The position numbers were made by a program, and so were the translations under genes. A DNA stretch of 24,000 nucleotides from the NCBI RefSeq assembly GCF_034044715.1, contig NZ_JAXCLW010000010.1:73147-97146 (forward strand). Reading direction: 5' to 3'. Positions 8,204-15,783 of the stretch are shown here, piece by piece. The notes under the pieces are model-generated. The model made no database searches. It saw only the letters and a list, made by a program, of their open reading frames with translations, and was not told where the DNA came from. The stretch's first letter is position 1. The number at the start of each line of letters is the position of its first letter. This DNA is from Dongia soli (GTDB lineage: Bacteria > Pseudomonadota > Alphaproteobacteria > Dongiales > Dongiaceae).

Positions 8204-9927
8204 TCAAGCCCCCCCGCCGGTCTGCCTTTGATGAATGCTTCCGGATGCTGCACGAGCATGTCGGCCAACGACCGGAAGGAGCGAACCGCTTCGTTAAGCT
8301 GCACGATGAGCCGCTGCAGGTCGCGGCTGAATTTGGTGTTGTCGCCGTAGCCGGTATTCAGCGACAGGAACAGCCGATCGACATTGGTCATGGTCTTTTG
8401 CAGGCCCATCATCACTTGCGGCAATTGCTTGAAAGCCGGTCCTGTTCCGGTGTTGAGCTCGCGCACGAAGGCGCTCGCTTCTTTGACGGCGCCGGCTGCT
8501 TCAGCAAGCGTCTGCCGCAGCTCTGTACTCCTGGAGAGGTCGTTGGCCGAAGCCAGGATGCCGTTGAGGCTTGCGCCGATCTGGGCAAAGGGAATTGCAT
8601 TCAGTTTATTGAGCAGGTCGGTTGCGGAGGTTTGCAGGCCGCTCAAGCCGGCGGCATCGCTGGCCGGGAGCACCACATCCGTGCCTTCCATCCGCGCCGT
8701 CGCCGGCGTGGCGCTCGGTATGAATTCGAGCGCCACGACCTGTTGGCCGGTCAGCAGATTGCTGCTCTGCAGCGTCGCGCGCAGGCCGCGCTTCACCATG
8801 GTGTCCGCGGCTTCCAGGGCCGTCTTGAAAACCGCTTTCGTACCGACGCCCAGGATGCGTTCCGGTTCGATCTCATAATGGACCGGAGCCAGGATATCGT
8901 TTCTGTCGCCATCATAGACCAGCCCGACGGCGGTGACGCGGCCGATGGTAAGGCCGTGCATCGTCACTTCAGATCCGGGCGCAATGCCCCGGACGGAGCC
9001 AGAGAAATAGGAGATAACCGGGATCTTCCGGTTATAGGAAGCAGCATCGGCGGTGTCGCGATCGGGGAATAGTGGGAAAACGTGGTTCTGCACACTCGTG
9101 GTGCGGCCATGGCTTTGGGGCGGGGTTTCGAAAGCCATGCCGCCCAGCAGGATGGCGCGCAGGGATTCGACCTGAAGCTCGACACCGCCGCCGCCGAATT
9201 TCACGGAAACGCCCGACGCGTTCCAGAAGCGGGTATCGTCATTCACATAGGCGTCATAGGGGGCACGGACGAAAGTCCGGATCGTGACGCTTTCCGCCAT
9301 ATCGGCGATGTCCCAGCCGAGCACTTCGCCGACATCGAGATCGCGGAAGAAAACAGGCGAGCCGACGGAAATCGAGCCTAAGCGGTTGGCCTTGATCAGA
9401 AAGGTGCGGCCCGGCACATGCGCTTCCTGGACCGGCGGATCTTCGCGTCCGACGAAGTTCCGTTTCGGCTTCCCCGGCTTTTCAGGCGGCAGCATCGCGA
9501 TATAGGAGCCGGAGAGCACAGTCTCCAGTCCGGAGACATTGCCTGCGAATAATCGTGGCTTGACCACCCAGAACACTGTTTGATCGGTCAGCAGCGGCTC
9601 GGCTTCGCGCGTCGTCGCGATTGTCACGATGACACGCGAATTGTCTGGGGTAAGGGTGAAGCTTTGGACTGTGCCGAAGACGATATCCTTGAAGCGCAAT
9701 TGCGATTGCCCAGCCGTCAGGCCTTCGGCGCTTTCGAATGAGACCGTGATCGTCGGGCCCTTCTTCGACCAGGTATCCCAGGCAAGCCAGCCGCCGATTG
9801 CAATGGCAACCAACGGAATGATCCAGATAATCGGGATGCGCCGTGCGCGGCGCGTCTTTGCCTGCGGATGCGCCGGTTCTGCCGAATGTGGCGCCTCCTG
9901 CGCGGGTGGCTCGATGATGTCACTCAT
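8200..9927 (-). CDS. pqiB: PqiB-like MCE-domain intermembrane transport protein
   Basis: N-terminal anchor and first MCE domain read RRIPIIWIIPLVAIAIGGWLAWDTWSKKGPTITVSFESAEGLTAGQSQLRFKDIVFGTV, followed by repeated MCE-like segments and a C-terminal helical region. The ORF track opens at a TTG at 10005. The ATG at residue 27 (coordinate 9927 by ORF-track arithmetic) is preceded by AAGGAA and is the likelier start. Confidence 0.9.
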   Translation of the reverse strand: MSDIIEPPAQEAPHSAEPAHPQAKTRRARRIPIIWIIPLVAIAIGGWLAWDTWSKKGPTITVSFESAEGLTAGQSQLRFKDIVFGTVQSFTLTPDNSRVIVTIATTREAEPLLTDQTVFWVVKPRLFAGNVSGLETVLSGSYIAMLPPEKPGKPKRNFVGREDPPVQEAHVPGRTFLIKANRLGSISVGSPVFFRDLDVGEVLGWDIADMAESVTIRTFVRAPYDAYVNDDTRFWNASGVSVKFGGGGVELQVESLRAILLGGMAFETPPQSHGRTTSVQNHVFPLFPDRDTADAASYNRKIPVISYFSGSVRGIAPGSEVTMHGLTIGRVTAVGLVYDGDRNDILAPVHYEIEPERILGVGTKAVFKTALEAADTMVKRGLRATLQSSNLLTGQQVVALEFIPSATPATARMEGTDVVLPASDAAGLSGLQTSATDLLNKLNAIPFAQIGASLNGILASANDLSRSTELRQTLAEAAGAVKEASAFVRELNTGTGPAFKQLPQVMMGLQKTMTNVDRLFLSLNTGYGDNTKFSRDLQRLIVQLNEAVRSFRSLADMLVQHPEAFIKGRPAGGLE

Positions 9928-10258
9928 GGGAGTTCCTTCTTTCGAGCTGTTTTGCCTGTCCTGCAGCGCGCGGAGGCGACCCCCGGTTACGCCGATCGAA
10001 CTCAACGCATGGTCGGTACGTAATGCGGTCCAGAAAATAACGTGACTTCAGAAGTAGCCTGCCGATCGATCTGATGCAGTCGTCATGGGTTCCATCTTCA
10101 CCAGTCACTTGAAGGGCGAATCGATGGGACAAGGGGAATAGTCCAAACCCGCATGCTATAGTCGTCTAATTCTTATACAGCGGGCCGGGCTCCGTCAAAT
10201 GGTCGGCAATGCCCCATTGGGCGTTGGGGGAATCCCCGGCTTGCAGGCAGCGAATGCA

Positions 10259-10288
10259 TAAAGGGCAGCCTTGCGGGGCTGCCCTTTA
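10259..10288 (-). terminator. Intrinsic-terminator-like hairpin closing the ABC/pcp operon
   Basis: The stem is AAGGGCAGCC (10261-10270) paired with GGCTGCCCTT (10277-10286), with loop TTGCGG. The stem extends to 12 bp with 10259-10260/10287-10288. It starts 19 nt downstream of the ATPase stop (10307). On the minus-strand transcript the stem ends in UUUAU. Confidence 0.55.
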
Positions 10289-10306
10289 CTGCGACCCAAG
10301 CCGAGA

Positions 10307-11416
10307 TCAGCTTGGTTCCGCGTGGAGCGGTATGATTCTGTCGGTCTTCACGGCAAGCCGGACCCTGGCGCCGGATGCTAGATCCTGGTTAGTGGTCGCC
10401 GAGGCGACGATGATCTGGCCGTCGGCGAGCTTGAACTGGAAGTCCGTATAGATGCCGCGATAGACGACTCGTTCCAGTACTGCATCGAAAGCGGTCTCGC
10501 CCTCCGCGACATTTCCGACGGAGTGGGCATTAATGCGGATGTCTTCGTTGCGGATGGCGACCGCGGGCGGATTGGCGGGATTGGCCACGGCACCGCAATC
10601 GAGGCGGAAGGCAGCGCAGTCGAAGACGGTTTGCGTCCCGCTGCCGATAAAACGTCCTTCGACAACATTGCTGCCGCGGAAGAACTGCGCGACGAATTTC
10701 GTGCGGGGCTGGCGGAACAAAGCCTGGGGCGCATCGACCTGCACCAGATAGCCCCAATTGAGCACGGCGACGCGGTCGCTCATGGTCAGGGCTTCTTCCT
10801 GATCATGGGTGACATAGACGAACGCGGTGCCGGTGGCGCGCTGGATATCCTTGAGCTGAACCTGCATCTCACGCCGGATCTTTTCGTCGAGCGCGGAAAG
10901 CGGCTCATCGAGCAGCAGCAGGCGGGGACGCGGCGCCAAGGCGCGGGCGATGGCGACGCGCTGCTGCTCGCCACCGGAGAGCTTGGTCACCGGCTTGTCC
11001 TCGAAACCGGGCAGGCTCACCAGATCGAGCAGTTCCGAGACGCGCTCGCGCAAGGCCGCGCGATCGAGATTACTGCGCCGCAGACCATAGCCGATATTCT
11101 GCGCCACGGTCATATGCGGGAAATTGGCATATTGCTGGAACACCATGCCAAGGCCGCGCCGCCAGGGCGGCAGATCGGTCACGTCCTCGCCATTGATGAG
11201 GATGCGGCCGCCATCGGGCTGTTCCAGGCCGGAGATCATGCGCAGGACGGTGGATTTGCCGGAACCGCTGGGGCCCAGCATCGTGAAGAACTCGCCATTG
11301 CCGACCTGGAGATCGACACCGGCGGCGGTTACGCGGTCGCCGAATTTCTTCCAGACGGTGCGGACGTGAAGGAGGGGAGCGGAAGCCGCTGCAGCCTGCA
11401 TTGATACATCCTGCAT
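10307..11416 (-). CDS. ABC transporter ATP-binding protein, PotA/MalK-like with C-terminal TOBE-type domain
   Basis: 369 aa. Walker A is GPSGSGKST, the signature is LSGGEQQRVAIARAL, Walker B is LLLLDEPLSALD, and the H-loop is VYVTHDQEEA. An alternative ATG at 11401 has a better AGGA 8 nt upstream. Confidence 0.95.
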   Translation of the reverse strand: MQDVSMQAAAASAPLLHVRTVWKKFGDRVTAAGVDLQVGNGEFFTMLGPSGSGKSTVLRMISGLEQPDGGRILINGEDVTDLPPWRRGLGMVFQQYANFPHMTVAQNIGYGLRRSNLDRAALRERVSELLDLVSLPGFEDKPVTKLSGGEQQRVAIARALAPRPRLLLLDEPLSALDEKIRREMQVQLKDIQRATGTAFVYVTHDQEEALTMSDRVAVLNWGYLVQVDAPQALFRQPRTKFVAQFFRGSNVVEGRFIGSGTQTVFDCAAFRLDCGAVANPANPPAVAIRNEDIRINAHSVGNVAEGETAFDAVLERVVYRGIYTDFQFKLADGQIIVASATTNQDLASGARVRLAVKTDRIIPLHAEPS

Positions 11417-11424
11417 GGGCGGGT

Positions 11425-12099
11425 TCAGCCTTGATCGAGAGAGAGTAACAATGCCGTGCGGACGGCATCGAGCATCATGTCCAGGCTCATCGAGGCGAGA
11501 TCGGCGCGCTGATGCAGTTCGAGACGGCCTTCCGCGAGGAGATCGTCGAGCAGATCTGCCACCTGCTGCGGCAGATAAGGCAGATGGATGAAGCCGCAGC
11601 GTGTCTCCAGGCCCAGGCGCTGACAGGCACCGAGCGCCCGATAGAGCGTGGTGTTACACAGGAACGTGCCGGCGGTATCCGAACTGCGCGCCGGAATGCC
11701 CTTGCCGCGCAAGGCGGCGATGATCTTCGCGACCGGCAGGGTGACGGCGCGGCCATCGGGGCCGCCGGGCTCGATCGGCGTATCGAGCGGACGCTGGCCA
11801 TCATTATCGGCGATTTCGAAACTGGCGCGGTTGACGGCGATCCGTTCGAGCCGGATGACCGCTTCGCCGGGCCACAGGCCGAGCGACGCGATCACCACCG
11901 GCTTATGCTTGGCGATCGCGTCTTCCAGCGGTTTCTTCGCGGCATCGAAGGAAACCGGCAGGAGCAGGCCGCGAACCACGGCATCGCGGATCGTGCTGCC
12001 GTCGAGCGCCCGGACGATCTCGGCCGAGGGATTGAGCGGCCTGCCGCCATAGGGTTGGAAGCCGGTAAGGAGGATTTCGCGCATGATCTCAACCTTCAT
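11425..12099 (-). CDS. pcp: Pyroglutamyl-peptidase I (pyrrolidone-carboxylate peptidase, peptidase family C15)
   Basis: 224 aa. It has ILLTGFQPYGG..LNPS. The catalytic triad contexts match the Bacillus enzyme: LERIAVN (Glu), TAGTFLCN (Cys), GFIHLPY (His). ATG 12099 overlaps the permease stop by 11 nt. An alternative ATG is at 12084. Confidence 0.9.
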   Translation of the reverse strand: MKVEIMREILLTGFQPYGGRPLNPSAEIVRALDGSTIRDAVVRGLLLPVSFDAAKKPLEDAIAKHKPVVIASLGLWPGEAVIRLERIAVNRASFEIADNDGQRPLDTPIEPGGPDGRAVTLPVAKIIAALRGKGIPARSSDTAGTFLCNTTLYRALGACQRLGLETRCGFIHLPYLPQQVADLLDDLLAEGRLELHQRADLASMSLDMMLDAVRTALLLSLDQG

Positions 12100-12871
12100 T
12101 CGCTGTCGTCGCGGCCTGGCCCCGGCGTCCCAGCACCACCAGCGCCAGGATGAGGAGTAGCGTTACCGCGATGATGAGGCTCATCAAAGCATACATATTA
12201 GGCGTCAGGCCGACCTGCTGGTAGCGCGACCAGACGAAGGTCTGAACCGTGTTATTGCCGCCTTGCACGATGGCAGTTCGGACCGTCTCGTTGAAGGACA
12301 GGATAATTGAGAAGATCGCCGCGCCACTGATGCCGGGCGCGATCTGCGGCAATTCGATATCCCAGAAAGCCTGCAGGCGATTGGAGCCACAAGTATAGGC
12401 GGCTTCCAGATAGATCGTGTCGAAGCCGGACATCACCGTCAGTATGATCAGGAAGGCGAAGGGCAGGGCCCAGAGGATCTGCACCACCGCCATGGTGAAG
12501 AGCGAGGGCGGGATCGCCGTCAACTTGAAGAACAGGCTGGTGGAAACGCCCATGCTGGCGCCGGGGATGAAGAGCGGCAGCAGGATCACCGTGATGATCA
12601 GCCGGGGAATGCCGAAAGCGCGCACCGCTTGGGCGGCAGCGAGGCCGAGCAGTGGTGCTGCGATGCCGACGATGATCGCGAGAATGACGGAATTGAGCAG
12701 CGCGCCCATCAACATCTGGTCGCCGGCGATAGCGCCGAAGCTGGTGAAATTCATCGTGCCGGTGGCCGGGTCCTGCATGGCGAGGAGGACCGGCGGTACC
12801 AACGGCGCATAAAGAAAGACGAGGACGCCGATCAGAAAGAGCCAGACGAGACTGCGAGATGTCATGGTCAC
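12089..12871 (-). CDS. ABC transporter permease (PotC-like)
   Basis: 260 aa with about 6 hydrophobic segments. The EAA loop is YLEAAYTCGSNRLQAFWDIELPQIAPG. There is a 4-nt overlap with the upstream permease gene. Confidence 0.9.
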   Translation of the reverse strand: MTMTSRSLVWLFLIGVLVFLYAPLVPPVLLAMQDPATGTMNFTSFGAIAGDQMLMGALLNSVILAIIVGIAAPLLGLAAAQAVRAFGIPRLIITVILLPLFIPGASMGVSTSLFFKLTAIPPSLFTMAVVQILWALPFAFLIILTVMSGFDTIYLEAAYTCGSNRLQAFWDIELPQIAPGISGAAIFSIILSFNETVRTAIVQGGNNTVQTFVWSRYQQVGLTPNMYALMSLIIAVTLLLILALVVLGRRGQAATTANEG

Positions 12872-13743
12872 CGTCCCAGCATCTTGCCGAGGAAGAGCCG
12901 CAGGTCGAAGAAGCGCAGCCAGAGGGTGAGCATCAGCAGCATGCAGCCGACCACGACCGAGGACATGGCCGCGGCCATCGGATAGTTCAGCACATCGAGC
13001 GAACTGGTGATCGCATTGCCCATGAGCTGGTAGCCGACGCCGCCCAGGATCTGCGAGACGGCGACCTCGCCGAAGGAACCGACGAAGCCGAAGATCGCCG
13101 CGGCGGAGACGCCGGGCAAGGAGAGTGGCAGGACCACCCGCAGGAAGGTGCCGAGCGGCGGTTCGCCCAGCATCCAGCTTGCCTCGATCAGCCGCCGGTC
13201 GATGGCGCTGAGCGAAAGCCAGATGGGATAGACCATGAAGGGCATATAGGCGGCGATGAGGCCAAGATAGACAGAGAAATCACTGAACAGCAGCCAGTCC
13301 ACGGGTGCGCCGGTCAGGCCGATCAGCTGCAGAAACCCGTTGATCGGCCCCGTGCGTCCTAGAAGATAAGCCCAGGCGAAGGTCCGGATCACGTAATTCA
13401 CCAGGAAGGGCACCGAGAGCAGAAACAGGAAAATCCGGGTGCGCTGGGGTGACAGTTTGAAGGTCGCGAGATAGGCGACCAAATAGGCGATCGCCAGCAT
13501 GATGATTGTCGCGCTGGCTGCCACCCAGAAGCTGCGTTGAAGGACCGTGAAGCGCGCGCCCTCAAAGAAGAGGGCGTATGAAGCCAGGGTGAAACCTGGC
13601 TTCATGCCGATCATCTGCCGCTCCCAGAAGCTGACCATCAAGGTCAGCACCAGCGGAGCGATAATAGCGACGGCGCAGATCAGAACGGGTCCGCCAAGCA
13701 GCGCTATCGTGCCGGCATCGCGGCGCTTTATAGCAAAGCTCAT
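12868..13743 (-). CDS. ABC transporter permease (PotB-like)
   Basis: 291 aa, multi-TM. The EAA loop is IEASWMLGEPPLGTFLRVVLPLSLPG. Confidence 0.9.
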   Translation of the reverse strand: MSFAIKRRDAGTIALLGGPVLICAVAIIAPLVLTLMVSFWERQMIGMKPGFTLASYALFFEGARFTVLQRSFWVAASATIIMLAIAYLVAYLATFKLSPQRTRIFLFLLSVPFLVNYVIRTFAWAYLLGRTGPINGFLQLIGLTGAPVDWLLFSDFSVYLGLIAAYMPFMVYPIWLSLSAIDRRLIEASWMLGEPPLGTFLRVVLPLSLPGVSAAAIFGFVGSFGEVAVSQILGGVGYQLMGNAITSSLDVLNYPMAAAMSSVVVGCMLLMLTLWLRFFDLRLFLGKMLGR

Positions 13744-13780
13744 GATACCCGTCCCAGAAATCCCGGTCCCAAATTGGCGC

Positions 13781-14959
13781 TTACGCGGCTTTGAAACGCT
13801 GCCACTGTTCTTCGTAGGTCTCGATATTAGTCGGCCAGCGGGCCTGCCAGGTGCCGCCGGATTCGAACTTCTTCTTCACCCCGGCATCGATCTCGGCAAC
13901 CTTCTGCGCCGTCGCCTTGTCGAATTTGGACGACTTCGCCGCGTAAGCCGGCGCGCCCGGATTGGTCATATAGCCGCGCATACTGGTGATGACCGCGCCA
14001 TATTCGGGGCTCAGCATGTAATCCAGCAACTGATAGGATGCCTCGATCTTTTCCGGCGAGCGGTCGCCGGCGACGAGATAGGCCGCCATGGCCCAGAGCA
14101 GATAGCCTTCCTTCGGCTGGGCATAGACCGCGTTGATGCCCTTTGCCTTGGCGGCGAAGACCATCGGCTCCCAGCAATCCATCACATAGACTTCCTGGTT
14201 CACCAGCAGATTGACGGCCTGTTCGAAGCTGGACCAGACCACGCGGAACTGGCCTTCCTTCTTCTTCTGGATCAGGAAGTCAACCACCTTGGTGATCTCG
14301 TCCGGCGTCATATCGGCCGGGTCCTTGATGTCGGCGAGACCGGCGCTTTTCATGTAAAGCGCGGTCTTCTGGCCAGCCGAGGTGTAGTTGTCCTCGATGG
14401 CCACATAGCCCTTGAATTTCGGATCGAACAAAGCGGCGTAGGAATCAAGCGTGCCGCCGGTCTTCTCCGGCAGATAGGCGAAGGCATCGCCCTGCAGCAC
14501 GGTGGGGACGCCATAGACCTTGCCGTCATAGCCGATGAAGTCGAAGCCCTTCGAGCCCGGCTTGAGATAAGACGAGATATAGGTGTTGCTCTGCCAGTTC
14601 TTCAGCTTGCTGACATCGATCGGCAGGATGAGCTTGTTTTCGACCAGCGGCTTCTGCATGCCGCCGACGATGTTGATGATGTCATAGGTCTGCTGGCCGC
14701 CGCCGGCGAGCAACTGGTTCAGCACGGCCGAAGGGCCGTTGCCGATCGCCGCGACATTGACCTTGTTGCCGGTGGCCTTGGTGTAGTCCGACCAATCGCC
14801 GGGATCACCGACGCCAATATCCGCGAGCGTTACCGTCTGGCCGGCGGCGAAAGCGGCACCCGGCCGGAGCGCCAGCGCCCCCATGCTCAGCGCGCCGATT
14901 CGGGCGGAAGCGCCCGCCAAAAGGCTGCGGCGGTTAAATTGAATCGATCCTGCGGTCAT
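13781..14959 (-). CDS. ABC transporter periplasmic substrate-binding protein, PotD/PotF-like, with twin-arginine-type signal peptide
   Basis: 392 aa. The N-terminus is FNRRSLLAGASARIGALSMGALAL..AAFA. The body is paralogous in pattern to the 181-1344 protein (YDIINIVGGMQKPLVENKLILPID versus WDLINVNNPWARKIMYPEKLIKPLD). It is the first gene of the importer operon. Confidence 0.9.
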   Translation of the reverse strand: MTAGSIQFNRRSLLAGASARIGALSMGALALRPGAAFAAGQTVTLADIGVGDPGDWSDYTKATGNKVNVAAIGNGPSAVLNQLLAGGGQQTYDIINIVGGMQKPLVENKLILPIDVSKLKNWQSNTYISSYLKPGSKGFDFIGYDGKVYGVPTVLQGDAFAYLPEKTGGTLDSYAALFDPKFKGYVAIEDNYTSAGQKTALYMKSAGLADIKDPADMTPDEITKVVDFLIQKKKEGQFRVVWSSFEQAVNLLVNQEVYVMDCWEPMVFAAKAKGINAVYAQPKEGYLLWAMAAYLVAGDRSPEKIEASYQLLDYMLSPEYGAVITSMRGYMTNPGAPAYAAKSSKFDKATAQKVAEIDAGVKKKFESGGTWQARWPTNIETYEEQWQRFKAA

Positions 14960-15012
14960 TTTCTATGTCTCTCCTCCCATGCGGTCCGGTTGCGGACCTT
15001 TAACGATGTTGG

Positions 15013-15030
15013 CAAAATATCGATAATTTG
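15013..15030. promoter_or_regulatory. 18-bp near-perfect palindrome CAAAATATCGATAATTTG, a candidate operator upstream of the ABC/pcp operon
   Basis: 8 of 9 symmetric pairs match around the central ATCGAT. It lies 54-71 nt upstream of the binding-protein ATG (14959). It shares the core TATCGATAA..TT with the palindrome at 15732-15741. Confidence 0.35.
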
Positions 15031-15124
15031 TCGAGGAATTACTATAAAGAGAAAACGCTGGTGACAGGGTGATCTCCCAATCGAAAGCTGGCGCGCGAGA
15101 GCCAGCGCCAAGAAGCTTTCAATC

Positions 15125-15664
15125 CTATAGTGAGGCCGCTGACCGGGAGCCCTGATCATAATAACCCGAGAGAGTCCGCATCTGGCTGGCGATCCGCGAT
15201 AAGGTCGCTTCGTCAACACCGAGCGAGATGACCGGCTCCACCAGGAGCGCCTCGCGAATCTCCTTGTACTGCTCGCAAGCCTTGGCGCCCGCCGCTGTTA
15301 TGGCGATCATCTTCTCCTTGCCCTGCTTATGGCTGCTGATCAGCTTCTGCCGCTCCAGCTTCTTCACCGAATAACTGACTACATGGGTGTCTTCGATATT
15401 GAGGACGAGGCAAATATCGGCCAGCCGCTTCGGCTTTGAGCGATGCTGCACCGAATGCAACACCAGCACGTCGATGGGGGAGAGGTCCGGATAACCGGCG
15501 GCGGCCATGCAGCGCACCATCCAGCGCTGGAAAGCGTGCGAGATCAAGATCAGGCCGAACTCGAATTCGGAGAGGACAGGCAGGGCGCCGCTGGCCAGGA
15601 ACGACGATGAAACGATGGGGCCCATCGAAGACGTTTTTTGGGGGGAGGTCGGTTTTTTAGACAC
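15125..15664 (-). CDS. MarR-family (winged-helix) transcriptional regulator
   Basis: The wHTH region reads LSPIDVLVLHSVQHRSKPKRLADICLVLNIEDTHVVSYSVKKLERQKLISSHKQGKEKMIAITAAGAKA. It is divergent from the oxoprolinase gene. The start is uncertain: the ORF track gives ATG 15730, GTG 15664 has GGAG 8 nt upstream (preferred), and ATG 15625 is also possible. Confidence 0.75.
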   Translation of the reverse strand: MSKKPTSPQKTSSMGPIVSSSFLASGALPVLSEFEFGLILISHAFQRWMVRCMAAAGYPDLSPIDVLVLHSVQHRSKPKRLADICLVLNIEDTHVVSYSVKKLERQKLISSHKQGKEKMIAITAAGAKACEQYKEIREALLVEPVISLGVDEATLSRIASQMRTLSGYYDQGSRSAASL

Positions 15665-15712
15665 GGCTTGGTCTCCGATAACTTTGGTTAAGCGCCGCCC
15701 GGGGATGCCGGG

Positions 15713-15742
15713 TTGACAAAACGACGACATTTTATCGATAAC
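15713..15742 (+). promoter_or_regulatory. Candidate sigma70-type promoter (TTGACA-N18-GATAAC) for the oxoprolinase operon, overlapped by the perfect palindrome TTATCGATAA (15732-15741)
   Basis: TTGACA is at 15713-15718 and GATAAC at 15737-15742. The 10-bp perfect palindrome covers the spacer/-10 junction. A half-site, CGATAACTT, recurs exactly 60 bp upstream (15676-15684 versus 15736-15744). Confidence 0.3.
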
Positions 15743-15783
15743 TTATCTGTATGACGAAGCTTGCGGCATCATCGAGGCATATC

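Noticed and set aside
15089-15108. GCTGGC-N8-GCCAGC hairpin followed on the minus strand by TTTCGATT, a possible terminator between the MarR gene and the ABC operon.
   Set aside because: It has only a 6-bp stem, an 8-nt loop and a poor U-tract. That is too weak to list as a feature. MarR may well be co-transcribed with the importer.
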